A model generated the notes under the pieces. It was not told the origin of the DNA. It saw nothing but the letters and a program-made list of their open reading frames with translations, and searched no databases. A stretch of 63,059 nucleotides of DNA, the filler included, from Olpidium bornovanus S191 (taxonomy: Eukaryota > Fungi > Olpidiomycota), in NCBI GenBank assembly GCA_017911155.1. It is 29 parts of 29 records of this genome, joined end to end, with 100 filler letters (N's around TTAATTAATTAA, not from the genome) between each part and the next. Parts side by side here need not be neighbours in the genome. Positions count along the whole stretch, not along the records: positions 47,991 to 50,437 come from JAEFCI010007282.1; positions 50,538 to 51,579 come from JAEFCI010000591.1; positions 51,680 to 55,323 come from JAEFCI010009220.1; positions 55,424 to 57,952 come from JAEFCI010004733.1; positions 58,053 to 59,192 come from JAEFCI010012022.1; positions 59,293 to 60,557 come from JAEFCI010008380.1; positions 60,658 to 61,789 come from JAEFCI010005247.1; positions 61,890 to 63,059 come from JAEFCI010002406.1; 21 more parts are not named here. One strand, 5' to 3'. The position numbers were made by a program, and so were the translations under genes. This document shows positions 49,326 through 62,790 of this stretch, in pieces; position 1 is the first letter of the stretch, and the number at the start of each line of letters is the position of its first letter.

Positions 49326-49714
49326 CCCCCCCCCCCCCCCCCCGGGCGGGGGGGGGGGGGGGGGGGGGCGGCGCGGGGGGGGGGGGGGGGGGGGGGAAGG
49401 GGGGGGGGCGGGGGGGCAACGCCCTGTGTTTCGGATACCCGCCCGTCCGCCCACTCCCTTACTAACCCACCTTTCTCTGTCCTAAGCAGAAAAAGAGAGA
49501 CCGTACCGGCGAAATGGTTGGCGAGATACAAATTTTCCGAAAATTGATTGAAAAAAATATGCTCTTCCTCTTCCTCTTCCTCTTCCTCTTCCTCTTCGTC
49601 CACTGGTAGCCAGGTTGCATGAGACTTACTACTGGAAATCAGCGTGCCATTTCGCGTTGTTTTTGCTTGTCGAGCGCGTTCAAGGTGCTCTGCTTGCCTC
49701 GTTGGAGGAGGCAT
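47991..49714 (-). CDS. X-family DNA polymerase, Pol beta-like, multi-exon, 3'-partial
   Basis: Spliced pieces IAALEQHAHPVQSGAEAEKLKGIGRS|ANKINEIISTGKL, AVEELKKVSGM...GVKSLADL...QKLGLA|AVNEFSQELPPAEVEAIE|...LIAGAFLHG follow the order of the Pol beta 8-kDa lyase, HhH2 and palm start. Confidence 0.75.
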
Positions 49715-50080
49715 GGTTACTGGACGCGTTGTGGGATCCCTTCGCGGGGCCCGTAGATATCAGGGGGCAGTGGTGCGTGGCCCGCCGGGGGCAACTCACG
49801 TCGGGCTGGTCAGTTGGCTTGGCGCCGTCAACACCGGTGGTCGACACGCTCGTCGACGGCTTCGTCGATCGCCCTCGCCGCGCCGCGCCAACGCCGTACT
49901 CCCTGCCCGCCCCTGCCGTGTCGGAGCGACCGGCGCCCCAACCGTCAACGCTCCCTCGGCGGGCGACGGTTTGGGCGTTGCCCCGTCAACTTGCGACTGC
50001 GCCGGGTCGTCAGGCGGTTCGTTCGCCTCGAGTTTGTATTGTGCTTTTTCTTGAAGAGGGGCTCTACTCGTCTTTGTAGA

Positions 50081-50120
50081 ATGCCAGGGTTACCCTGGTA
50101 TGCCAGGGTTACCCTGGTAT
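50081..50120. repeat. 19-bp unit x2, each containing a hairpin
   Basis: atgccagggttaccctggt repeated; internal ccaggg-tta-ccctgg. Confidence 0.9.
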
Positions 50121-51039
50121 AAACCGTGAAAAAAAGCCAGGTGGGCGCCAAATACTCATCGAGTATTAGGTTTATGTTAAGCTTAAAAAAGGTAGGAAGC
50201 CCCGTTGACGTTTTATTCTGGTTTTGATTGGTCTATTTTCAAGGAGGTTCCTTTTCCGGTAAACTTTTCCTGGGGTGCCTCTTTCCGTTGAACTTCCCCC
50301 CTCGGGGAATTTTATTCTGGCCTTCCTATCCAAAATTTCCGAGCTGCTCCCCCCCTCCCCCCTTGTCCCCCACCTTCAAACCTAACCTCCCTTCCCCCCC
50401 CCCCCCCTTCAACCAGAACCCCCCCTTCAATCCGAACNNNNNNNNNNNNNNNNNNNNNNNNNNNNNNNNNNNNNNNNNNNNTTAATTAATTAANNNNNNN
50501 NNNNNNNNNNNNNNNNNNNNNNNNNNNNNNNNNNNNNCATGAACATCGGCTGCTGAAGCGACCGGGGACCGTGGCGTGGCCGCCGCCTGTCCAAGCAGCC
50601 TGGTGCGCCGGGAGGCCACAGCAGCAGACCCGAGGAGCAGCGTTTTTCGGCAGGCGCCTGAGACGCGGACTTCCCATTCTGGCGGCTTTTTCCCTGACAG
50701 CCTCGCACCGCACGGCACGCACGCGGCCACGGTCCTTTTCAGCGCGCGCTTACGCCCCCACGGTTTCGCGGGAACAGTCGCGCCAGTGCCCCGGCCCATA
50801 CCGTGCATCTCCACATGCAGGTCAGGCTGCACGCTCGGCACCCCCGCTGGTGGACGCGCGCATGGCAAGACAGCGCCCGAAGCGCAACGGGCTGTCGGAG
50901 GGCGGCCCGTTTACGGTGTGGGCTATCTCGCTGCATACGCCGAGCATCCGGTCTTCAGCTACATCACTCTTCCCGGAATTAAATCTTACCTCTACGCCGT
51001 CCGAGAGGTTCTCTGTGTGAACGAGTATTGTCAAATCTA

Positions 51040-51390
51040 CATGGCATACAACTGCCTGTATCCCGGCACCACCACCATCATCATCGACCTTCGAAGGCTG
51101 GGATTCATTCGGCTGAAAGCGGATCATGGTGCCTATGTATGACACAAAAGCGGAAAGGTTACCTGGGTTATCTCATGGGTTGACGACTTGGTGATTTTCG
51201 CTCACTCAAAAGCGGTCATCCATCAAGTGAAGGCCGGTCTGAAGAAAGAATTCGGCATCACCAAACTCGGGGAGCTCACATCGATGGTAGGTCTACATGT
51301 CAGGAGAAACAGAGAGGTTGGAAAGATCGAGCTGAACCAAATGGCATACATCCGGACCCTCGTCGCGCACTATGCTTGTCCGAGGCCAAG
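51040..51390 (+). mobile_element. Ty1/copia RT fragment
   Basis: LGFIRLKADHGAYV*...ISWVDDLVIF...LKKEFGITKLGELTSMVGLHVRR...LNQMAYI. Confidence 0.88.
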
Positions 51391-52763
51391 AGCGTCACCA
51401 CCCGCGGAGGGGTCATGAACACCTTCGACGGAATTTTTAAAGCCCTACGGTAGGATAACATGCCGACGCGTTGTGAACGTGACAATCACGGAGACGAGCA
51501 GTCGGCGCATTCCTTTGATTGGCGGAACCTACCGATGAAAGTCGACTCTCTAGGGCAAGCCGCGAAGGTTCTGCGAAGCNNNNNNNNNNNNNNNNNNNNN
51601 NNNNNNNNNNNNNNNNNNNNNNNTTAATTAATTAANNNNNNNNNNNNNNNNNNNNNNNNNNNNNNNNNNNNNNNNNNNNCATGAAGCGCGCCGTTCCTTT
51701 GCTCTTGTGCGCAGAGGGCACTTCAGAGGGCACTTACGGAGGCTTGCAATTTCGACGTCGCGCTTGGCGTCGCAATGTACGACTTCACTGTCGATGGTGA
51801 CGCGGTCGGCACGGTTGGCGGCGTCGCGGTCGGGGGCCACCTGGGGCTCGGTGCTGCGACTACCTTGGGCACAGCCTCTCGACGGTTCGTATTTCCTGTT
51901 AGACCCTTCGAACAAGGCTTGACGATCATGGCTGTGATGCCAGTCAACTCATTGCGTTCATTATCTCTTGTCGCGGGCGTCGTTGGCAGTGCGCCGGGTA
52001 AGGTCGTTGGCGTAGCAGAGCAATTACTGCCTACGCGCGACCTGCTGCTCGAACTACCACTTCGCCCACAACACCACCACCCGCGTTTCCGCCAGTATCC
52101 GGAGTAGGTTAGCACACCACTTATTAGCTAGTAGATTCTATAGCAAATATTTAGAACTTCAGGATGACGGCACTTAAAGAGCGAAATCACCCCGCGTACA
52201 GCTATCCTTCCCTGCGTCAGTGGCGGAATATCCACCGTTATTTCCTTGCTTGCTCCGGTGCATTTGCGGACAGCGCGTTTTTGGTTCGTCAAAACATTCA
52301 ATGAGAATGCCGCCACATACGCAGATCCGAGGCCTTTTGCAAGAACGGGCTGTTGGTACAACAGCCTCCACCCGTTGTTCTCAACTCGGAAAAAGCCTTT
52401 CATATTCGGGCACGTTGTCGCGTTGGGCGCCGGCTCCCTAACGCAGGTTCTCGAACGGGTTCAGCGAGTGCCCTTCAGCACGAGTGTAGAGTTGGCGGGG
52501 ATCAAGAGCTCCTTCATAGCTGGTTTGCTTTGGAAGGTTGAGCCCCCAACACAGAAACCGCGGTTTTTCACGACCGCGCGTTCGCGGGTCCGACGAAGTC
52601 TTGCTGACTTCTGGAGGACGGCCTGACGCACGTGCCCGTCGCCTTCCGAGGCAAACGACGCTTTCGTCGTGCCGTCATCCTTCCCCCTTCGCTTGACCCG
52701 AGAAGGCTCGATCGGCCGAGCTCGCGGGGGCGCAAGGTGGCGCGGGTCGGGACGGGCTGGCCG

Positions 52764-52801
<38 letters not shown>

Positions 52802-52804
52802 GGG

Positions 52805-52869
<65 letters not shown>

Positions 52870-53041
52870 CGGGGGTCACTCTGAGGCCGGGCCGGGGCGG
52901 GGGAAGGAGGAGGGGGAGGCGGGGCGGGGGAAGAAGGGGAAAAGGGCCCGTTTCGGGCGGGAACGGGCGTAAGGGCGGAACTTCCGCGCGCGCAAGCCCC
53001 CTCCCTCCCTCCCAAGGCTGGAACGCTGTTCGCCCGCGGCC

Positions 53042-54517
<1,476 letters not shown>

Positions 54518-55751
54518 CACCCGTAATTTTTCTGTGATTCTATCCCCCGAGTTGCCAAGCGACCCGCAGATTTGCGAAGCACTTGCTTGCTGTCCCATTT
54601 TCATACTATTATCAGAAAATCTCTACCCTTCCCGCTCCCATATCTGGCATTGTTGTGGAAAAGTCAGAGAGGCTTCATATTAACGGGGAAAGCACCCGGC
54701 CGTACAAGTTACAGGGCTCCGATCGCCCTTTGCACGAAGAGTGCGGACTTGGATTGGCACCCTGGTTCGCGCGCGTGGGTGTGAGAGCAGCCAAGGTTAC
54801 TCCTACTCCAACTGACCGACGGACGTGAGCAGCTTTGGTGCCGCTGCGCAAGCTTTTCCTTGCTACAAGTTGAAGGAGCCGCGGCGAAGAAGCAGGCGCT
54901 TACCGCGTGGCAATGGGTGCGTGGGTGTCCCTGATTTCGAAGGATGTCAGGGATTCACCTCAACTGGAACTGAGACGGTGTCCGCGCAGTTCTGCCTGAA
55001 TGCCCGTGTGCTGCAACGCCGCGTGCTGCGTGATGCGAGAAGAGTACAATTTGGAACATCATGTAGTTCCGCCCAATTCCCTGGCGAATCAAGCGACCGT
55101 GGAAACGCGTTTAGAGTGCTTATCGCATGCGCCGGGAGAACGTAGTTGGGGGGAAAGGTGTGTGGGTGGGGACATCCAATTTTCATTGTTTTGCGCCACG
55201 CGCCATGATCCGGTAGCCCACGCGCGTTGGCAGAATACGGCTCCCGTTGGCCCTTTCAGAGATACTCCGTGCAACACCCCTGGAGCGCCGTTTCCGCCTT
55301 TTTCCGAAGCGGAAAAGCGCGCGNNNNNNNNNNNNNNNNNNNNNNNNNNNNNNNNNNNNNNNNNNNNTTAATTAATTAANNNNNNNNNNNNNNNNNNNNN
55401 NNNNNNNNNNNNNNNNNNNNNNNATAATGGGGGGGGGGGGGGGGGGGGGGGCCCGGCGCGGGGGGGGGGGGGGGGGGGGGGGGGCTGACGCGCCACGCGG
55501 GGCGGAATTCGCGCGCGCCGATTTGTCCGCGACCGCGCGCGTCCCCCGCTCGGCCCCGCGCGCCCGCGCCCGTCCGCCCCGCAATTCCCCCCGCCCGCCC
55601 CGCACGCGCGCGCACCCTCACTCACTCAGCTCTCCGGACGTTCTCAAAAAAACCCCACACCTCCCCACGCCCGCTCACCTCCGGCCCTCCCTCGTACCTT
55701 TCCACCACCGTAACCCCCCCCCCCAAAAAAGGGGCTCTCGCTTAGGGCCAA

Positions 55752-56204
55752 ATGTTTGCGTCTCGCCAGCTGCTGCTGTTTGCGGTGGCGGGGGTTGTGG
55801 CAGTCCTGGGGGCAGCCGCTTCCGCCGCCTCCCCCGAGGCTCGCGCCGTCCGCCCGTCGTCCATCAGGGGCGCCGACGGGTCGCTCTCGCCTCCGCAGCA
55901 CACGACCGTCGCCCGGCGTTCGGTTGATGCCGGGGCCCCGCCCCGGCTGCAGCGGCGCCGGACCACGTCTTCCCGCACGAGTACCGCCGATGGCATCCCC
56001 GCCCGCGCGAAAAACGTCGATACCGTGGCGCCGAAGGAAGGCGGGGTCCTTTCGCCCGTTCAGTTCAGGCCTAAAGCGCTGCAGCTGTCGTTGCCGTTCT
56101 CCGTTGTCGGCCTGGCCCTGAACTTCCTGCTCTACTTCCTTATGCTCCGGGGCTCGGCGGCCATCGACGACCAGGCCCGCCGGGCGACGGCGATGAACAA
56201 GTGA
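55752..56204 (+). CDS. Small protein with N-terminal signal peptide and C-terminal hydrophobic helix
   Basis: MFASRQLLLFAVAGVVAVLGAAASA signal-like start; LPFSVVGLALNFLLYFLML near the C-terminus; intronless, 150 aa. Confidence 0.6.
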   Translation: MFASRQLLLFAVAGVVAVLGAAASAASPEARAVRPSSIRGADGSLSPPQHTTVARRSVDAGAPPRLQRRRTTSSRTSTADGIPARAKNVDTVAPKEGGVLSPVQFRPKALQLSLPFSVVGLALNFLLYFLMLRGSAAIDDQARRATAMNK

Positions 56205-56407
56205 CGTTCGGAGCAAACCACACCCCACCTTTACTTCCGCCTACCGCGAATCGCCCACGCCCGGGTCGGCACGGAAACCATTTCTGCTGCCACCACGGGA
56301 AATGTGCTTTAGGCACGACCGACGCTTATCGCACAACTCCCTCCCAACCCAGCCCCTTCCCACCGGTCACACTGTACCATATACTCCGCTCGTGACAGCC
56401 TTCGCCT

Positions 56408-56648
56408 TTCTGTATAATTTAAATGCATTCCGTTTCTGGGCCCTTCTGTGTAATCAAAATGCATTCCGTTTCTGGGCCCTTCTGCATAATCAAAATGCAT
56501 TCCGTTTCTGGGTTGCATTCACCCCCTCCGCTTAGCCCCTGGCGTCGGTTGTCACAGTCGCCCATAATTTTCGCTCTCGTGACAGCCTTTCGTAGCTCTG
56601 TTGTCTCGTACATAATCAAAATGCATTCCGTTTCTGGTTGCATTCTCT
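56408..56648 (+). repeat. 36-bp tandem repeat x3 plus a detached fourth copy
   Basis: taatcaaaatgcattccgtttctgggcccttctg at 56415, 56451 and 56487; a partial copy at 56612. Confidence 0.92.
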
Positions 56649-57216
56649 CTGCTACTTCTTGATCTAATTTTTTTTTTTTTTTTTGGGGGGGAGGGTGTTG
56701 CTGCGAGTAACGGTTGTCTCCTGATTCGGGCTGATAAACCAGCCCGCTCCTTCTCTCTTCCTGGTTACCCGGTTTGACCCTTCGGCGAGCGAAGTAATTC
56801 GGAAACCGGGCCGCGAGGCGTCGCGTCACCAATGGATATCGCGGAGGAAATGCTTGCTGGGCGGACGGGGGCTGCCGGGTAGGAAAGGCCAGGGGTTCTG
56901 GCCTCACTTCGGGTTGGACAGGTTACGGCGAATCTCTCGACCGCCCTCCCGCTGTAAGCCGGCTGGCTGCGAGCAGGGGAGGAAGGTTGTTCGATCGGGA
57001 AAGTCGCCGAAATCCCCCGCCTCCTTGTTTCCCCGGTTTCCAAGCTAAAACGAGCAGACCGCTATGGACTCCACCGTTTTCCACGCATCCCCGTTTGGCG
57101 AAAAGGGTCCCCACCTAGCACCCCGACGGCCCCGCGCACCGACGCACCAAATCTTGCCCGATACGCGCTCGCATCGATCACCCGCAAAACATCAAGTTCC
57201 TGGGCGGACAACTACG

Positions 57217-57629
57217 ATGGCCAGATTCCCCGTCGACCGGTTTGCGATGGGCTTCATTATCGTCTTCCTTGTCATTGCCGCCATCTTCGTCGGGGCCGCA
57301 CAGGCAGCCGACGGCACCAGTACGTGTCGTGACGAAGGGGACGGGAGGGGAAAGAGGGAAGTGTCCGAGCGACCAGAAGCAGGGCTCTGGTCCGGCCCCC
57401 GCTGCTAAATTCGGGATGCCCGCAATAATCCGTTCTTTCCCTCTCCCCTCCCCCCCACTCACAGACGATCCGGCCTGCGCGGCTCTCCTGGATTGCTACA
57501 ATTGCACTTCCACCGTTCGGTGCGGTTGGTGCCCGGGCAACGATGAGGGAAGCCGATGTATTTCAGGGACAGCTCTTAAGGCGGCCGGAGTATGCACAGG
57601 CGGCAACTATCACTGGGGCACCTGCCGCG
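57217..57629 (+). CDS. Signal-peptide protein with PSI (plexin/PTTG1IP-like) Cys domain; exons 57217-57319 and 57465-57629; 3' end unresolved
   Basis: Hydrophobic leader GFIIVFLVIAAIFVGAAQA; CAALLDCYNCTSTVRCGWCPG...CISG...CTGGNYHWGTC. Confidence 0.72.
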
Positions 57630-58156
57630 GTAAACATCGGTGTTGCGGCGGGGCGGTTTTGGGGGGGGGAAGGAGGGGGAAGGAGGAAGTTGGCGGGAGG
57701 GGGAAGGAGGAAGTTGGCGGGAGGGGGAAGGAGGAAGTTGGCGGGGGCTGATGGCGGCATTCGACGGTCTCGTCGAGCCGAGCACTCGAGATCGGGCGGA
57801 GGAGGCGCGCACGTTGAGGACGAAGGGTCCGCATGAACTGAACCTGAAAAACGTGATTTGTATTTTATTTTGCTTTTTTGCATTTTCTTTTTCCTTGCAT
57901 TGGGTATATTTGTTCTTCAAATAAAAAGAAATTGGGGGCGACGGGGTGGTGANNNNNNNNNNNNNNNNNNNNNNNNNNNNNNNNNNNNNNNNNNNNTTAA
58001 TTAATTAANNNNNNNNNNNNNNNNNNNNNNNNNNNNNNNNNNNNNNNNNNNNGGGGGGGGGGGAAAGGAAAAAAAAAATAAAAATGAATAAAAAAACGGT
58101 GGGCTCGGCCGCGTTTTGCTGACGCCCGCTCGCTAACACTAACAACTCTTTCTCAG

Positions 58157-59058
58157 GGTGGAAGCGGCTCATTTTCGCAGAGATGCCCCGGCAGGTCGTC
58201 AACCTGTTCACGATCTACGCCATCCTGACCAACAACCCGGCGCGGGTGATCGACTTCGCGGCGGTGTACGCCCGGGCCGATCTGGAGAACAACCCGGTGC
58301 CGTTCCTCGCGCTGTGCCTCATGGCGTTCGTGTGCCTGATCTTCCTTTTCTCGGCGTTCCTCACGCTGGTCGCGTCGGTGCTGTACGTCCCGCTGCTGTG
58401 CCACATCCGCGGGAACCTCAAGGAGTACTGCTGCCACAAGATCGACAAGCGCATCGGCGAGATGCTGCGGAAGAAGAGCCGCAAGCGGCTGGCGAAGGAG
58501 GCGCGGCGCGAGATGGCCCGCGCGCTGCAGTCCAAGGCCGCCTCCGCGCAAGGCGGCGGCCGGCAGGCGGCCGCCGGCCCGACCCTGCCGACGCTGCCGG
58601 ACCTCGACGACGCCGCCAGCGAGTACGGCGGCGGCTTCGCGGCGAGCGAGTACGGCGGATTCTCCGCGAGCGAGCTCGACTACGCCGCCGCGGCCCACGC
58701 CAACTACCTGCCGCCGTACCTCCCCGCCGACGAGTACCGCCGCTCGCCGCACGCCGGCCCCGTGTTCGTGTCGCGAGCGCCGTCCCTGGCGAGCGTGCAC
58801 CAGCACCAGCACCAGCACCACCCCCTCCACCACCTCCACCACCACAACAACAACCTCCTCCAGCACCAGCACCCCGCCGCCCGGCCCTTCCCGGGCCCCG
58901 CGTACAACGCGCCGCCGCCGCCCCCGTCCGAGTACGACTCGCCGCGGATCGCGCTCACCCCGTTCGCCGGCCCCGCCAGGTACGGCAACCTCCACGGGAG
59001 GAGCGGGAGCGTGTCCAGCTCCGCCGGGAGCACTGCCGCGGGGCGGTACGTCCGGTAG
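58157..59058 (+). CDS. KCH1: Fungal low-affinity K+ transporter KCH1-like, last exon
   Basis: WKRLIFAEMPRQVVNLFTIY...LYVPLLCHIRGNLKEYCCHKIDKRIGEML. Confidence 0.88.
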
Positions 59059-59070
59059 GGAGGAATAAGG

Positions 59071-59106
<36 letters not shown>

Positions 59107-59113
59107 AAAAAGG

Positions 59114-59183
<70 letters not shown>

Positions 59184-59292
59184 ACCCCCCCCNNNNNNNN
59201 NNNNNNNNNNNNNNNNNNNNNNNNNNNNNNNNNNNNTTAATTAATTAANNNNNNNNNNNNNNNNNNNNNNNNNNNNNNNNNNNNNNNNNNNN

Positions 59293-59682
59293 GAGGCGAA
59301 GTGGTTGTACGACCCAAGGCTCAATTGGCAAATGTGCACGGCCCACGGGAAGTCTTACCTGCGGGGCGCGTGCCCCAACGTGCGGCTCGACGTGGGCGAC
59401 CTGGCGACGACGGTGAATTTGTTTATCCAAGACGATTTGAGCTACCCGTTGATCCTCGGCCAGACGTGGCTGATGGCGGTCCGAATGGGGACCCAGTGCC
59501 GCGCAGACGGTTCGGAGATCGCATGGATCTCGAGCCCTGATGGGTCGAAGGTGCGTTGCTGGGTGGCGGTCGACGCACGGGAAGGACGGGGCACGGCGCC
59601 GGCGAGAGAGGGACCCGAAGCGGGGCGAGAGAGTGAAGAATACGAATCCGAGCAGGATTTTCGATCGCGGCGGTCGGTCTGA
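59293..59682 (+). mobile_element. Ty3/gypsy aspartic protease C-terminal fragment
   Basis: YPLILGQTWLMAVRMGTQCRADGSEIAWISSPDGSKV; the ILG flap-distal motif is present, the catalytic DSG lies beyond the contig start. Confidence 0.7.
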
Positions 59683-62217
59683 AGGAGCCGGTCGCCGCGG
59701 AAACACATCCTTCGTTGTCGACGACTTCCGCCGCCGATGGGGAGTCCGAAACGCCGGCCGGCAGCAGAACGGCGACCGCGTTTTTGGGAAAATAGGTGGG
59801 CAGTTAAGGACAGGCAGCGCCGGGCCTTGTGGAAAGTTGTTGTTCCAGCTTTTGCACCCGAAACTCCAAAACCCAGCCTCTAAATTCCAGTTGTCGCGAG
59901 CGTTCTCTCCGTCTCCCGTTCTCTTTCCCTCTCCTACTCGCTCTGGGGTTCATTCGTTCTACGATTCTAACGTTACTCGAGGATGCGTTCGTTCCATTCT
60001 GCGAGAGTTTTCACCGCGCGTGGGTGTTCGGGGGTGGTGAGATTTTTCCCGAAATTTTTGGAGGGCGGGGCGGGGGAAAGAAATTCTTTGGGGGGGGAAC
60101 CATACGCGTCTCGAGTCACAACGCGTAATCTTTCTTCTTCCGCAGCCTCACGTTCAGCCCAATCTTTTATTGATAGTCGCCTTGAGTTTCTCGCTTCACA
60201 ACAGCCGCCCCCCCGGGACTGACGAGCTTGTTTCGGCAGTCACGGCGTATCACGTGGCTGACAGCTTTTTTGGTTTTTAACGAGTCGGATTTGGCTCCAC
60301 CAACGCCACTCGCCCCACGCTGTTACCGCACCGCTTCAGTTTCCCTCGTTGCCACCCGTCCACCCAGCCACGATGTCGTCCTCTGCGTCCGCTGCTCATG
60401 CGCCCGCCCCGGTCCCGTTCGCCGGGAAACGTCTCAACGCCAACACCCGTCGGATCTACACGGCCTTCTGGGCGCACCGGTTGCGCGATTCCCGTAGTTT
60501 GCTTGCTGCCGCGGCTGCGTGCGTCGCCGATCGCCCAACACCGGAACGTCAATGCACNNNNNNNNNNNNNNNNNNNNNNNNNNNNNNNNNNNNNNNNNNN
60601 NTTAATTAATTAANNNNNNNNNNNNNNNNNNNNNNNNNNNNNNNNNNNNNNNNNNNNCATGGAGTTGAACGTCTCTATGTACTTTTTGAGGTCGCTGTCG
60701 CATTTCTGTTGTGAGAAATTCAGTAGCCCGCGCCTGCAGGTGTTCTCGCGGGTAGAAATAAAACGTCAGAGCCGTGGGCAATTCCGAATTCAGCAGTTCA
60801 AGCATCCACTCCCCTCCGGGGAATAGGGGAATGAGGTCTCTAGCTAGCCGACAAATGACGGAAGATGATGCTGGGGCTGAGGACGGAGCGGTTGGCGGTT
60901 GTCGGGGATCTACACCGTGCGTTTTCACGCACGGGTAAGACGAAGGGTGGAAAAAGTAGAATAAGCGGCGCCAGCTAATGCGCTCGCTCTGAATGGGGCG
61001 ATAGCGCGGCCTGGAACCGAATTTTGGGTCCAGAGGAACCGGCCGGTGACGGCGCTGCTGGGGGGGGGGGGGGGGAGAACTTGAAGCGGGGCTCCGGGCG
61101 CCGGGCTCGGGGCCATCTCTCTCAACTGAGAGCACGGGTTTCCGGTCCCCGGAGTCAGATTCGGAGACCATCTCCTTCCACGGTTGCGCAGGCAGTTGGG
61201 TGTCCGGATCAGCAACAAATTCTCAACTGCAAGGGGCGGGGCCAGTCTTGGCGACCAGGCAGAGCGGGACGGAGGTCGAGGTCGGTGTTTTGCTGTCACG
61301 AGGGCGCTGCTAGGGGGCCTAGGTGTGCCTTTCATTTTGGTGTCCTTGGTCAGCGGATTATTGAAGGAACGCGTGTGACATGGGAGTCACGGGAGGCGGG
61401 TCCGAAACGCGGCCGGAAGCCGGGAGGATAAAATGTCGCGCGTTCTGTTGTATTCTGGCTGCGACACGCAGCCTCGCGGAGTGGCCCATCCGGTGTTGTA
61501 CGCAAAATACTCGCGAACTGGCGCACTGCTTCGTCTGTCGCAGTTCACGGGAGGTGTGGGATTGGCGCGCCCGCGCGTTGAATCAAACATGACTTCGATG
61601 TCCAGCACGTGCCTGCGCCCAGGTGAGGGCGCAGGGCAGTTCTCGACGGGTCCGGTTGGCCGGGAGCGGCTCCGGATGCAAAAGGCGCGTCGTCGACGGG
61701 GGGGAGGAGCGCATTTCGCCCGCAGCAAAATGACTTCGGAAAAAAAAAAAAAAGCTCTGTTCGGCTTGGTCTTTCCGGAAAACAAAACANNNNNNNNNNN
61801 NNNNNNNNNNNNNNNNNNNNNNNNNNNNNNNNNTTAATTAATTAANNNNNNNNNNNNNNNNNNNNNNNNNNNNNNNNNNNNNNNNNNNNCCATGTCGAAA
61901 ATTAAAGGGGGGGAAAGGGGGGCAGGGCTGGAGGCGGGCGCACCGCCACCAGGAAGAAAAGGGCGAAAGCAGAATTCCCGGCAAAACGGGGGCGGCCCCG
62001 AGGGCGTCGTCGGCCCTTTGGACCGCAGAGGAACCGCACGCGAGCCCGCAATGAATCGCCGCCCGAGCTGCCCAGGGGAGGCCTCTGGGATTGAGGTCTG
62101 GCGAGCAAAATGATCTCAACCCCGCACAACAGGGATCGCCCGCACGCAAGCGCCCCTCGACGGCGGGACGGCCTTTCGCCGTTTCCCTTCCCGAGTTCAA
62201 CGGGGGGGGGGGGGGGG

Positions 62218-62251
<34 letters not shown>

Positions 62252-62409
62252 CGATCAAAACCCGGGACACCACCTTACGCATAACCGGCGCAAAGTTGCG
62301 GCGTGCGCGCGCGACCTTTCCCGAAACGCCGGCGTGACGACAGCGCGGCGGCAAGACGGCGCCGAAACGGCCGAGAAAGTTTGTGGATATTTTTCGCAGG
62401 GGCGCTCGG

Positions 62410-62790
62410 ATAATATTATTAGTAATATATATATTATATTTATTATTTATTAATATTTATATTATAGTAATTTATATAATAATTATATTATTAGTACCTA
62501 TAATGATATTATGATATATTATTTATGTATATGAATATTTATAATTAGTATTCTTGTAATATATATTATTATAAGTACTCAACGATTTATTTATGAGTAT
62601 AATGTTATCGATATACTTAGCAGGTAGTAGTAGCCTAAACAGAAGTGGTTAGCAAGATACAGGTATCTAGGTTGTTAGACCAAACCTGGAGTAATATCTG
62701 AACGGATACTTTATAGTTATAGTTATAATAATTATATCGTACGACACGGACCCAAGGCAACAAAAAAAAAAAAAAAAAAAAAAAAGGCCT
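62410..62790. other. Extremely AT-rich, TpA-rich island
   Basis: Almost pure A/T runs (taatatatatattattatatttatt...) inside otherwise GC-rich sequence. Confidence 0.9.

Noticed and set aside
52128-52660. Minus-strand frame interrupted by one stop (…KELLIPANSTLVLKGTR*…MKGFFRVENNGW…)
   Set aside because: Looks somewhat protein-like, but no family or motif was recognised and no splice support was found; it needs a database search.
60658-60990. Minus-strand ORF (DLIPLFPGGEWMLELLNSELP)
   Set aside because: Could be a TE or exon fragment, but no diagnostic motif was found.
62411-62420. TAATATTAT as a CRESS/geminivirus origin
   Set aside because: Not TAATATTAC, no GC-rich stem, expected by chance in an AT island, and on a different contig from the Rep fragment.
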